DNA of 64,000 nucleotides from an uncultured Phycisphaerales bacterium (GTDB lineage Bacteria > Planctomycetota > Phycisphaerae > Tepidisphaerales > Tepidisphaeraceae): NCBI GenBank assembly GCA_963844715.1, contig CAWJPJ010000007.1, positions 640,001-704,000 on the forward strand. The letters are read 5' to 3'. Under the pieces are notes generated by a model that was not told the origin of the DNA, searched no databases, and saw only the letters and a program-made list of their open reading frames with translations. Positions within the stretch are counted from its first letter, which is position 1, and every line of letters starts with the position of its first letter. This document shows, in pieces, positions 1 to 10,658 of this stretch. The position numbers and the translations under genes are program-made.

Positions 1-14
1 CGGATTGGGACGAC

Positions 15-488
15 ATGATCAAATTTCTTCAGACCAACGCCCCGCACCGCGCTCGAGTGATCGATGAGACCGATGCCTGGGACAATCCCACGGCTCGGAA
101 CGCGCTGCTGAAACGTTGGCGCGATTATCGTTTCGTCGAGGAGCATTTCCCCGAGGTCGCCGATCTGCGGGTGAAACGGTTCCAGATTGAGGACCAAATC
201 TTCGGCCTCGAGCTTCAGGTCAAGCGCGATCCCTCGATTCTGGAGAGTATCCGCCCGGAAATCCGCCTGAAGGCGGCCGTCCTGGTGGATCTCTCCATTC
301 AGGAGCGGCAGCGCCGCATCGCCAAGCTGCAAAACCTGCTGCAGCAGGAGCAGCAGCGCCTCGCCGATGAGCAGACACAGCAAAACGCCCAAGTGGATCA
401 ACGCACGCAGCGGATCATGGATCGCATCGAGCGAGATATGCCCAAGGCCGCCCCCGAGGGTCCGCAAACCCAGCCGTCACCTCAATAA
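15..488 (+). CDS. Hypothetical protein with C-terminal coiled coil (probably 5'-truncated by the window edge)
   Basis: 157-aa ORF with Q/E/R-rich helical C-terminus; followed by a palindrome. Confidence 0.55.
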   Translation: MIKFLQTNAPHRARVIDETDAWDNPTARNALLKRWRDYRFVEEHFPEVADLRVKRFQIEDQIFGLELQVKRDPSILESIRPEIRLKAAVLVDLSIQERQRRIAKLQNLLQQEQQRLADEQTQQNAQVDQRTQRIMDRIERDMPKAAPEGPQTQPSPQ

Positions 489-490
489 AG

Positions 491-603
491 ATGCAACCGC
501 AGAGACGCGGAGGCGCGGGGACAGACGCGGAGAATTCAAATTCCTTTTTTAAAGAATTGAATTGGATTTCTCCGCGTCTGCCTCCGCGCCTCTGCGGTTG
601 CAT
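491..603. repeat. REP-like long inverted repeat between convergent genes
   Basis: ATGCAACCGCAGAGACGCGGAGG (491-513) pairs with 581-603 (1 mismatch); inner CAGACGCGGAGAA (522-534) pairs with 568-580. Confidence 0.85.
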
Positions 604-616
604 TTTAATCGGGAAC

Positions 617-661
617 AAAAAAAGAAGCGGCCGGGATCTCCCTCCGGTGAATCCCAGCCGC
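617..661 (-). terminator. Rho-independent terminator of the response regulator gene
   Basis: Minus strand GCGGCTGGGAT...ATCCCGGCCGC stem followed by TTCTTTTTTT. Confidence 0.7.
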
Positions 662-725
662 CCATCCGATTCTTGTTCGGCCCGCCCACTCCACAGGATA
701 AGGCGAGCGGACCGTGAGACTCGTG

Positions 726-1310
726 TTAGTAGACCACGGCCACGGCGTCCTCAACCGCCTCGATCACCTGACGCACGTGGAACGGCTTGCGCAGAAATCC
801 ATCGAATCCCGAAGCCAGCAATCCCTTCGCTTCCTCTTCGGTCATCTTTCCGCTCATCGCGATCACCTTGGTCAATTGCAGATCCGCGTTCGCCTTGACG
901 TGCTTGGCGACTTCGCGCCCGTCAATGTCGCGCAGATGCATGTCCAGAAGGATCACGTGAGGGCGGAACTTTTCCGCGAGCACGCCGGCGGCAAACCCGC
1001 CCTTGGCGACCTCTACCTCGTATTTTGCTTCGTCCTCGAGGATTTTTTCCAGGACTTCGACGATGTCCTGCTCCTCGTCGACGATCATGACGCGCGTGAC
1101 GCCCGTCATCAGGCCGTTGAGCGGCATGCCATGCATCTTCATGAATCGGATCAGTTGATTCAGGGGGATGCGCCGATCCTTGCTGCCGGGAATCCGGTAC
1201 CCGTGCAGGGCGCCGCTGTCGAACCATTTGCTCACGGTTCGCGGCGCGACGTTGCAAATCTTGGCGACTTCGCCCGTCGTAAGAACGTCTTTTACCTTCG
1301 TGGCGTTCAT
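726..1310 (-). CDS. Response regulator with N-terminal excisionase/MerR-like HTH and C-terminal receiver domain
   Basis: LTTGEVAKICNVAPRTVSKWFDSG HTH; REC motifs IVDEE, ILLDMHL, FLRKPF; SD GGAG upstream of ATG 1310. Confidence 0.85.
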   Translation of the reverse strand: MNATKVKDVLTTGEVAKICNVAPRTVSKWFDSGALHGYRIPGSKDRRIPLNQLIRFMKMHGMPLNGLMTGVTRVMIVDEEQDIVEVLEKILEDEAKYEVEVAKGGFAAGVLAEKFRPHVILLDMHLRDIDGREVAKHVKANADLQLTKVIAMSGKMTEEEAKGLLASGFDGFLRKPFHVRQVIEAVEDAVAVVY

Positions 1311-1629
1311 TGCATTTTCTCCTCTCCAGAGTCGATCGCCCGCGACGCGTCTCCCACTCCGATCACCCACGTTTGCGCGGCGCAGCAGTCTTGTTTCTTA
1401 TCGACCTGCGGTTTGGAACCTTTAGACCAACTGCGCAGTTTCTAGCGGACTCTAGGAAAAGGCTGAAAATTCGACGTTTATTGGTCATTCTTGCGCTCAC
1501 CGGCCCTGGCAGCCCATTGGCCGCGTCCGAGAACCATCGGGTTTCCCCATCTTGCCTGGACATGCGCAACCGTTCTCGGACCTCGCCGGCATGTTGAGAA
1601 ACGCTTTCTGAGGATATAAACCTACATCT

Positions 1630-2698
<1,069 letters not shown>

Positions 2699-2793
2699 AC
2701 CTCAGTTTCCCGCCGCGCCCCGCGGTAATTTTTATTGCCACCGATTCTTGGCTTGATAGAATCGCCCGCGCCTTTCTTTCAGGGGAAGAGAAT

Positions 2794-3138
2794 TTGTCCG
2801 ACGAATCGCCCGATGCGGAATATGACCTGGCTCCGATCCAGAAGCCGGTCCGTCCCATCTCCAAGCCCAAGCCTCCGCCGGTGCTGGCATATCAGCGGGC
2901 TGAGCCGCTTCAGCCGGTCCAGGCGGACTTGCCGGCCGCGCCGAAGAATGTTCTAACCGCTTCGGAAAAAGCGGGATATTGGGTGAAGATTCTGGGCTCA
3001 TTGGCCGTCATCGGCCTTGGCATCGCGCTGGTGTGGTACATCTCGATGTGGATTGGGTTTGCGGTGGTGGGGCTTGGCTTGGCGTACTTGATGTTTTCCG
3101 GCCCCAGCGATTCCGAAAAACGGGGATATCACTTTTAG
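2794..3138 (+). CDS. Small membrane protein (two C-terminal hydrophobic helices)
   Basis: 114-aa ORF with Pro-rich N-terminus and two TM-like segments. Confidence 0.55.
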   Translation: MSDESPDAEYDLAPIQKPVRPISKPKPPPVLAYQRAEPLQPVQADLPAAPKNVLTASEKAGYWVKILGSLAVIGLGIALVWYISMWIGFAVVGLGLAYLMFSGPSDSEKRGYHF

Positions 3139-3197
3139 AAGCCGGGCAAGCCGGCCTGGATTTGGGTGTCGGAGGATTTTGACCTAGAATTAGGCGG

Positions 3198-4173
3198 ATG
3201 CCTGAAAAGTTGATCATCATTGGTTCGGGTCCCGCCGGGTGGACGTGCAGCCCTTTACGCGGCCCGGGCCAATCTCGATCCGATCGTTTATGAAGGGGCC
3301 ATCAGCGAGGAAAACCGGATTCGAGGCACCCTTCCCCTCGGGCAGCTCAATCTCACCAGCGAGGTCGAGAATTTTCCTGGATTTCCCAAAGGGGTGATCG
3401 GCCCAGATCTGATGGAAGCAATGCGCCAGCAGGCCGAACGATTCGGCACGCGCATCGTGACTGAGGACATCGTGTCCGTTGATCTTTCCCAGCGGCCGTT
3501 TGCATTGAAGGATACCGCCGGCGCGACGCTCTCAGCACACGCCGTCGTCATCGCCACCGGCGCCAGTGCAAATTATCTCGGGCTGCCTTCCGAGCATCGA
3601 TACAAGAATTTCGGCGTCTCCGCCTGCGCCGTCTGCGACGGGGCGCTGCCGCGTTTTCGCAATAAGCCGCTGGTCGTGGTGGGCGGGGGGGATTCGGCGG
3701 CCGAAGAGGCGTCGTATCTCGCCAAATTCGCCAGCCGGGTCTTTCTCGTGCATCGCCGCGACGCGCTTCGCGCCAGCAAGATCATGGCCGATCGCTTGCT
3801 GAGCAATCCCAAGGTCAAGCCGGTTTGGAATTCGGTCGTTGAAGAAGTGCTCGGCGACGATGAGCGCGGCGTGACGGCCGTGCGCGTCAAGAATGTGCAG
3901 AACGACCAGAGAACCGATCTCGAAGCGGTTGGAATGTTTGCCGCCATCGGGCACACGCCCAACACGGGGTTCCTGAAGGGCCAGCTCGAGCTGGACCCCA
4001 AGGGCTTTATTCATCTGAAAGATCCGTACCGGACCACGACGAGTGTGGAGGGGGTATTCGCCGCCGGCGACGTTGCCGACCCGGTGTATAAACAAGCGAT
4101 CACCGCCGCGGGGATGGGATGTAAGGCCGCGCTCGATGCCGAGCGTTGGCTGGCGGAACAGGGTATCCACTAG
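3198..4173 (+). CDS. trxB: Thioredoxin-disulfide reductase; frameshift near 3245
   Basis: ATG 3198 gives [14 protein letters not shown]; then [28 protein letters not shown]. Confidence 0.92.
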
Positions 4174-4180
4174 GCCAATC

Positions 4181-4968
4181 ATGCGACGATTTTTCGTCGT
4201 CAACCTGGCGTTGTCTCTTTTCGTCGCAACGCTCAGCCGCGCCGCGACGACCACCACGTCTCCAACGACGCTGCCCGAAGCTCCCTCCCCGTCCGAGCCC
4301 GCCGACCAGGCGGCTCCGCGCATGGGGCACAACGGCCAAGTTTCCGATTATTTCATGAAGATGCACATCATGTTTCTCCAGCAGCGCAGCTGGGGGGAAT
4401 CAATCTCCTATTCCTGGGCGACGCTCTGACGGACAACTGGCGAAAACCCGCCCCCGCGGGCGGATTGGAAATCTGGAACAAACGCTACGCCCCGCTGGGA
4501 GCCGCCAATTTCGGAGTCGGCGCCGACAAAACCCAAAACATCCTCTGGCGGATCGATCACGGCGAACTCGACGGCATCTCGCCGAAAGTCGTCGTTCTTC
4601 TGGCCGGCGCCAATAACATGGCGTATCGCGCGGACGATATTCTCCTGGGCGATATGGCGATCGTTCAGGACATTCACCAAAAGCTTCCGCTGTCGAAGCT
4701 TCTGATCCTGGGCATTTTTCCGCGCGGAGCCGATCCCGATAACCCTGTGGTCGCTTCCATGCGTGACAAAATAAAGAAGGTCAACACCGGGCTCGCCCAG
4801 CTCGACGACGGCCAGATGACGCGCTATCTCGACATCGGCCCCAAATTCCTGGGCGACAAGGATGTGCTTCTCACCAATCTCATCCCGGACGGCTTTCATC
4901 TCAATTCGCAGGGATATCAGACTTGGGCGGACGCGATGCAGGATACCCTTGACGATATGATGAAATAG
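4181..4968 (+). CDS. Secreted SGNH/GDSL-family hydrolase; frameshifted near 4390-4430
   Basis: Signal-peptide-like N-terminus; FLGDAL block I, NFGVGADKTQNILWR, GANN, DGFHLN. Confidence 0.75.
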
Positions 4969-4970
4969 CC

Positions 4971-5335
4971 ATGGCGACTCGCCCGTTTGCTTTCCCGCGC
5001 AAGAGCCGATTATCCGGGCGACTGGCTTTCGCCGCCGTCTTCGACGCGAAGATAAAATTCTCGCGCGGGCCGCTGGCGGTTTATTCCAAACCGAATTCGC
5101 TTAGCTTCAACCGCTGGGGATTGAGCGTCCCGCGTCGCGTGGGCACGGCCGTGCGACGCAACCGCGCCAAGCGCTCCTGCGCGAATCGATGCGCTTGCTG
5201 CAAGCCGACCTTCCTGGCGGCTACGACGTCGTCATCGTGGTCCGCCCGCACGAACAACTCGCCCTGGCGGACTACCAGAAAATCCTCCGCGCCATGATGA
5301 TCAAATCGCACGAACATTGGGCTAAAATGGAATAA
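4971..5335 (+). CDS. rnpA: Ribonuclease P protein component; frameshift near 5177
   Basis: FPRKSRL...GLSVPRRVGTAVRRNRAKR (RNR motif); continues YDVVIVVRPH in another frame; TAATG overlap with yidD. Confidence 0.88.
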
Positions 5336-5541
5336 TGCGTCGCGTCCTAATCTGGCTGGTCTTGCTCTATCGAGCCACCTTAGGCCAATGGATGGGCGGC
5401 CATTGCCGTTACACGCCAAGCTGCAGCCAATACGCGATCGATGCGATCAATAAATACGGGGCTGTAAGGGGATCGTGCAAAGCGGTGGGGCGGGTGTGCC
5501 GGTGTCATCCGTGGGGCGGGAAAGGATATGACCCGGCGTAA
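5335..5541 (+). CDS. yidD: Membrane protein insertion efficiency factor YidD
   Basis: CRYTPSCSQYA...RCHPWGGKGYDP signature; directly after rnpA. Confidence 0.92.
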   Translation: MRRVLIWLVLLYRATLGQWMGGHCRYTPSCSQYAIDAINKYGAVRGSCKAVGRVCRCHPWGGKGYDPA

Positions 5542-5565
5542 ACCCTATTTAGGGCAACAATATAC

Positions 5566-5594
5566 TTGACAAATCATAGGCCGGTGGCTACAAT
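5566..5594 (+). promoter_or_regulatory. Sigma70-type transposase promoter, -35 inside the left TIR
   Basis: TTGACA (5566-5571), 17 nt, TACAAT (5589-5594); ATG 6 nt later. Confidence 0.7.
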
Positions 5595-5600
5595 CCTGGC

Positions 5601-6608
5601 ATGAACGCTGATAAACAGTTCCCGAAAACGCTTCTTGAAGTCGCACGGTACTTTTCTGATTTGGAAGTCGCGCACGATTTCCTTGTGAAGATGCGATGGC
5701 CTGACGGTCCCGCCTGTCCGCGTTGCGGCTCGACGAACGTCCGGTATCTGCCGAAGTATCGCCGCTTCCAATGCAGCAGCGCCCACACCAGCCGCCAGTT
5801 CACGGTTAAGACGGGATCGGTGATGGAGGATTCTCCGCTCGGTCTGGACAAGTGGATTGCCTGCATCTGGCTTGAAGTGAATTGCAAGAACAGCGTGAGC
5901 AGTTACGAGATTGCCCGCGACCTTGGCATTACCCAAAAGTCTGCATGGTTCATGCTTCACCGCGTCCGCCACGCTCTACACGTCGGATCGTTCGACAAGA
6001 AATTGGGCGGGATCGTGGAAGCGGATGAGACGCTTGTCGGCGGTCTGGCGATCAATATGCACAAGGCGGAGCGCAAGCGGAAGGTCGGAAAGACGACGGG
6101 CGGCGCTCACATGACGCCGGTGATGGGCTTGCTCGCTCGGCACGATGGCAAGAAACATAGCACGATCCGCACGGCGGTAGTTGGCACTCGACAAGGCGAC
6201 GAATTGCGTGCGGTTATCCGCAAAAACGTCGAGCCGGGCACCCATCTGTACACCGATGCCTACGGAGGTTATCGCCCGCTCAAAGATGAATATGTCCACC
6301 GATTCGTTGACCACGCTGAAAAGTACGTCGAGGGCGCGATCCACACGAATGGTCTGGAAAACTTCTGGGCGCTCTTTAAGCGGTGCATCAAAGGGACGCA
6401 CGTTTCAATCGAGCCGTGCCACCTTGGGGCCTACGTAGACTCGGAAGCATTCAGGTTCAATCACCGCGACCTGAAAGACTCTGGCCGGTTTGTTACGGCG
6501 GCAAAGGGTTTGCATGGCAAGCGATTGACCTACAAAGCGCTTACAGGCGCATTGGGGTCATCCCCCGTAAGCGGCAACGACGCGGGAAACGCAAACCCGG
6601 TTAATTGA
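5601..6608 (+). CDS. IS1595-family transposase
   Basis: RWPDGPACPRCG Zn ribbon, HTH (ARDLGITQKSAWFMLHR), VEADETLVGG, LYTDAY, IHTNGLENFW, FRFNHR. Confidence 0.93.
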   Translation: MNADKQFPKTLLEVARYFSDLEVAHDFLVKMRWPDGPACPRCGSTNVRYLPKYRRFQCSSAHTSRQFTVKTGSVMEDSPLGLDKWIACIWLEVNCKNSVSSYEIARDLGITQKSAWFMLHRVRHALHVGSFDKKLGGIVEADETLVGGLAINMHKAERKRKVGKTTGGAHMTPVMGLLARHDGKKHSTIRTAVVGTRQGDELRAVIRKNVEPGTHLYTDAYGGYRPLKDEYVHRFVDHAEKYVEGAIHTNGLENFWALFKRCIKGTHVSIEPCHLGAYVDSEAFRFNHRDLKDSGRFVTAAKGLHGKRLTYKALTGALGSSPVSGNDAGNANPVN

Positions 6609-6623
6609 TGGTATAATGTGGCC

Positions 6624-6806
6624 ATGAACGATAAGGACGGCCCCGCCTCCTCCCATGAGGTTTCCGACCCCGCCGCCGCATTCCACCGGCTGGAACGTGC
6701 TACCCGCCACATAATGTCAGTTCCAAAGAAAAAGATTGCTACGCCGCCGTCTCCGAAAAAGACGGCGCAAAAAAGCGCTAGCACCCTCATTCAACAATTC
6801 ATTTGA
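6624..6806 (+). CDS. Small basic IS-associated ORF
   Basis: Perfect extended -10 TGGTATAAT (6609-6617) 6 nt before ATG 6624; AFHRLERATRHIMSVPKKK. Confidence 0.5.
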   Translation: MNDKDGPASSHEVSDPAAAFHRLERATRHIMSVPKKKIATPPSPKKTAQKSASTLIQQFI

Positions 6807-6818
6807 CTTGGAGGAGCA

Positions 6819-7127
6819 ATGGAAGGATTTGCCGACAATCTCGGCTTTGTGCCCCTTTTGCCGAACACGAAAAACCCCCTTCTTGGTGACGATGTTCCGC
6901 AGAATTTGATCGGAGCGGAAATTGTGCGCTTCGGCGCGGTGGCAAAGCATATCGAAGGTGGTCTAGTGATCGAATATCGGCCGCGCGGTTCAATCGAAAT
7001 CCATCGCGTAGTTTTCGGCTTTGACGAACGCGCTATGTGGGTTGAGGATGGTCAGCCTTGTCACTATGAGCGGCGTTGTCCGGCGGATGTTCCGGTGGAA
7101 GAACCTCTGGAACATACTTCCGCATAA
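6819..7127 (+). CDS. Hypothetical passenger protein
   Basis: 102 aa; SD GGAGGA just upstream; inside the IS. Confidence 0.5.
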   Translation: MEGFADNLGFVPLLPNTKNPLLGDDVPQNLIGAEIVRFGAVAKHIEGGLVIEYRPRGSIEIHRVVFGFDERAMWVEDGQPCHYERRCPADVPVEEPLEHTSA

Positions 7128-7692
7128 CGTCGATTACGGTATGGGCCACGAATCCAGTTCCAGCCTTCATCGGCTCCTCATAGATATATCTCATTTTATC
7201 GAACGCCTCGGCTGAGACGGTTAATACTCCGCGAAGACTCGTATCTAACTGCGGGTATCGCTGCTTTAGCTCGGCCAGCAACGCCCCGCTGACAAGTTTG
7301 TTGTAGCGGGACTCTATTGCAATCTGTCTGGTTGAATTCAGGCCATTAAACAGCACGAGCAAATTGTGACCACGAATTACTTTTTTGGTGTCTAGAAACG
7401 TAATGCTCTTAAAATAAAGCTCCAGCGAGAAAGCCTGGAGCGCCATGGCTGGCACACACTCATAAACCTCATTTGTTGAGGGTGCGTAATACGAATGTTT
7501 CCCATCCGGCAGTCCAAACCGCCTCGATTGGATCAAGGCGAGTGTGTCAGCCGCCTCAAGGGTCGCCTCCGCCGTCAAATAGATATCGCGCGCTTGGACC
7601 GGAAATGGCGGGGATTCGTTGTCGCAATAGACGTTGAGCCGGATGCGAGGTATTCGCTGCCACTTTTTTTGCGGCTTAACTTCTTCGGCCAT
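7033..7692 (-). CDS. HEPN-domain-like passenger protein
   Basis: AFSLELYFK...GHNLLVLF...FDKMRYIYE matches the HEPN ExxxK / HxLxxL / RY pattern; lower GC than host genes. Confidence 0.65.
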   Translation of the reverse strand: MAEEVKPQKKWQRIPRIRLNVYCDNESPPFPVQARDIYLTAEATLEAADTLALIQSRRFGLPDGKHSYYAPSTNEVYECVPAMALQAFSLELYFKSITFLDTKKVIRGHNLLVLFNGLNSTRQIAIESRYNKLVSGALLAELKQRYPQLDTSLRGVLTVSAEAFDKMRYIYEEPMKAGTGFVAHTVIDVMRKYVPEVLPPEHPPDNAAHSDKADHPQPT

Positions 7693-7764
7693 TTCACATT
7701 CCCCTGTTAGGCCGGAGAAGGATAGGGGAAAACACCTGATTTGCCAAGTATGTTGTTACCCTAT

Positions 7765-7836
7765 TTAGCGGGTGAGCGCAGCTCGCCGTTCGGCCGCCAA
7801 TAGTCGGTCCCACGGCAAGCTGCGCTCGCCCGCTAA
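7765..7836. repeat. REP-like/terminator hairpin at the IS target site
   Basis: TTAGCGGGTGAGCGCAGCT...AGCTGCGCTCGCCCGCTAA inverted repeat; its foot overlaps the TSD. Confidence 0.75.
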
Positions 7837-7839
7837 TTA

Positions 7840-8934
7840 TCAGCGAAGAAATTTCTTCAATCGATCAAACCGCTTCAAAACCCGCGCCTTCAACTCCGCG
7901 TGTCCCGGCTTGAACTCATGCCCGCGATTTGCAAGTCTCACGAACAGCTTCACCATATTCCGCCAATCCGCGACGTCGATGAACTCCGCTCCGAGCTGCT
8001 GGCGATGCGTGTCCATGTTGTGATAGTTCCCAAGGGCGACACACAACGAAGCGGCGGTGTAGCCGTAGATGTCGTAAACCGTCGCTTCGCAGGTTCCGCC
8101 GGGCATTAGGGCCCTCTGGTGCCGGAATGACGCGTCCCTTTTCTTCAGTTCATCCGCCTGCTGACCCAAAAAGTATGTCAGCCCGGAATTGAAAACACTG
8201 GTTCGATCCCCGACGCGAATGATGACCCCGTGCCCCTGCGGCGCGGCCGGCTGCACGCTGCTGCATTCAATCGCCACCACGCGATCGCTTTTCTTGAGCA
8301 GCTTTCCATCCTTACAGACGGCGATGCACCCGATGAACCCCTCCTCTTCCGCGCGCGTGAGGAGCACTGCCACCGGCGCCGAGGGCGGACGCCTGTGCAG
8401 CTCGTCCAGCATCGCCAGGCACGCCGCCGCGCCGCCCAGGTCATCCAGCGCCCGGCAATAGAATTTTCCGCCGTCGTACCTTCCCTCGCCCAGATCGAAC
8501 ATGCCCGGCGACCCCGCCGCAACCGGACCCTCGACTTCGACGATCACTTCATGCGGCACTGCCCGCTGGTCGTAATTCTCAACGGTCGTCTCCGCCACTA
8601 TTCCGCGTATTTCCCTTGTGCCGTCGAAAAATAGAACGTCTGTGCCGCGGACGTATTCGACTTTTACCCAGCCGCGAAAATCGGCGCGCAGATGACGTTG
8701 ATCGATCATCTCGCGCGCCACAAAGCCGGGATGATCCATGTGCGCTGTGAACACCCAGCGCGGATGACGCACTTTCCCGCGTCCTTTTAGTTCAATCAGC
8801 AGATTCCCCCAGCGATCGGTCCGCAGGGAAAGCTTCTTGCGCCGGCGCACAAAATCCTTGACGTATTCAACCACGCGACCTTCCGCGAAGGGAGCGGTCG
8901 GCACGGAGCAGAGCGATTGCAGAATGTCTGCCAT
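7840..8934 (-). CDS. M20/M42-family zinc metallohydrolase
   Basis: AHMDHPG, RALDDLGG, AEEEGFIG, GGTCEA, NYHN metal-binding motifs. Confidence 0.75.
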   Translation of the reverse strand: MADILQSLCSVPTAPFAEGRVVEYVKDFVRRRKKLSLRTDRWGNLLIELKGRGKVRHPRWVFTAHMDHPGFVAREMIDQRHLRADFRGWVKVEYVRGTDVLFFDGTREIRGIVAETTVENYDQRAVPHEVIVEVEGPVAAGSPGMFDLGEGRYDGGKFYCRALDDLGGAAACLAMLDELHRRPPSAPVAVLLTRAEEEGFIGCIAVCKDGKLLKKSDRVVAIECSSVQPAAPQGHGVIIRVGDRTSVFNSGLTYFLGQQADELKKRDASFRHQRALMPGGTCEATVYDIYGYTAASLCVALGNYHNMDTHRQQLGAEFIDVADWRNMVKLFVRLANRGHEFKPGHAELKARVLKRFDRLKKFLR

Positions 8935-8937
8935 GGA

Positions 8938-10306
8938 TTATTGGAAGGGATCGATGGCCGTGGAAAGATTCTCGAATCGCGTGGTTTTGCTGAGGAACGC
9001 GAGCTTCACGGTTCCCGTCGGGCCGTTGCGCTGCTTGGCGATGATCACCTCTGCCTGATTGTCGGGTATAAAATCCGGGTCCTGCATCTTGTAATAATCC
9101 TCGCGGTGCAGGAGCAAAATCACGTCGGCGTCCTGCTCGATGCTCCCGGATTCGCGAAGATCGCTCATTCGCGGGCGATGCCCCTCGCGGCCTTCGCTTT
9201 GTCGATTGAGCTGCGAAAGACAGATCACCGGGATATTCAATTCTCGCGCGATCGCTTTAACCGTACGGGAAATCTCGCTGATTTCCTGCTGGCGATTTTC
9301 CGCGCCGTGATTGTCCATGAGCTGCATGTAGTCGATCATGATGCATTTGACGTCGTGTTTGAGCTTCAAGCGTCTGGCCTTGGCGCGAAGATCCAGCGGC
9401 GTCAGCCCCGCCGAGTCGTCCACCCAGATCGGCGCTTTGGCCAATTCTCCGACGATCGACGCCAGCTTCGTATATTCCTGGCTGTTGAGCATCCCCTTCC
9501 GCAGCTTATGGGCGTCAATCTGCCCTCGGCTACAGAGCATTCGCTGCGCCAATTGCTGCTTGCTCATTTCCAGGGAGAAAATCCCGCAAGGCAGCCGATG
9601 ATCCGCCGCCATGTGTTCCATCAGATTGAGCGCAAACGCCGTTTTTCCCATCGAGGGCCTGGCGGCGACGATGATCATTTCCCCGTTCTGCAAGCCGTTC
9701 ATCATGTCGTCGAGTTCGTGGAATCCGGTTTCGACGCCGCGCTGGCCGCGGTTCTCGATCATCTCGAAGACTTCGTGCAGGACTTTTTCCATCGGCTCGA
9801 TGGCGTTGCCGACTTTTTTCTCGGTGATTTCGAAAATCCGCTTTTCGGCGCGATCCAGAATCACTTCCGCCTGCTCGTGCGGGGCATAGGCGTCGCGCAG
9901 GCAGTCGTTGCTGGCGGCGATAAGCTGACGGAGCAACGCCTTTTCGCGCACGATGTTGGCGTAATGCCCGCCGTGCGCAGGCCGAGGGGACGGTCCCCAG
10001 AATCTGCGCCATGTACCCCACGCCCCCGATTTCTTCCAAAACCTGGCGCTTGGCCAATTCTTCGGAAAGAATCACGGCATCAACGGGCCGATTTTGCTCG
10101 TAAAGCTTCACGATCACATCGAAAATGATCTGATGATCCGCCTGGTAGAAGGCGTTTCGATCGATCTGCTGCACGATGTTCCCGATCATCTCGCGATCGA
10201 GCATCATCGATGCCAGCAAACACATCTCAGCTTCAATCGAGTGGGGGGGAAGTCGGTCGAACTGATTGCCCAAGGCGGATTCGATTAACTGACTCATGAC
10301 AGGCAT
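8938..10306 (-). CDS. dnaB: Replicative DNA helicase; frameshift near 9975
   Basis: PPHSIEAE N-terminus; AARPSMGKT, MIDYMQL, LSQLNR, SDLRESGSIEQDAD, KQRNGPTG. Confidence 0.95.
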
Positions 10307-10409
10307 CCCTTCCTGAATCGGAGAAAGGCATTATGCGAACCCAAATCGCGGCGGGCAAGAATAATGATCCGCGCCCGACCGGGCCGCGAAAACTTTTACC
10401 GCCAGCAAG

Positions 10410-10617
10410 TTACGCACGGGCTATTCACAAGACTTATTCACATCGCCTCGATGCGGAACCTACTTCGCGGCATCGCGAGCCCAAAATTGCGCTGCCCATA
10501 CCTCACTTTCTAAAAAAATCTTTCCACGGGCTTCCTCACTTAATGCCTTGGTTGGCAGTCCCTTAGGGCCTCCGAGAGGCTCCATTTTCCGTAATGATTT
10601 TGACTATTTGTGGTAAG
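10410..10617. promoter_or_regulatory. Cluster of DnaA-box-like 9-mers plus AT-rich stretch (oriC candidate or DnaA-regulated promoter)
   Basis: TTATTCACA 10434-10442 (perfect TTWTNCACA), CTATTCACA 10421-10429; weaker boxes at 10410, 10520, 10532 and reverse 10609-10617. Confidence 0.4.
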
Positions 10618-10658
10618 GGATTATCTTATCATGGTACGAATCATAACGATTGAACGGT

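Larger units (their letters stand above)
5553..7760 (+). mobile_element. IS1595-family transporter IS (2208 bp) with passenger genes
   Basis: TIRs GGCAACAATATACTTGACAAATCA (5553-5576) and TGATTTGCCAAGTATGTTGTTACC (7737-7760), 21/24 match; 8-bp direct repeat CTATTTAG at 5545-5552 and 7761-7768. Confidence 0.92.

Noticed and set aside
8917..10128. Long antisense or alternate-frame ORFs (also 714..1445, 21094..22230, 50528..51526, 52526..53527)
   Set aside because: Shadows of well-supported genes, expected in high-GC DNA.
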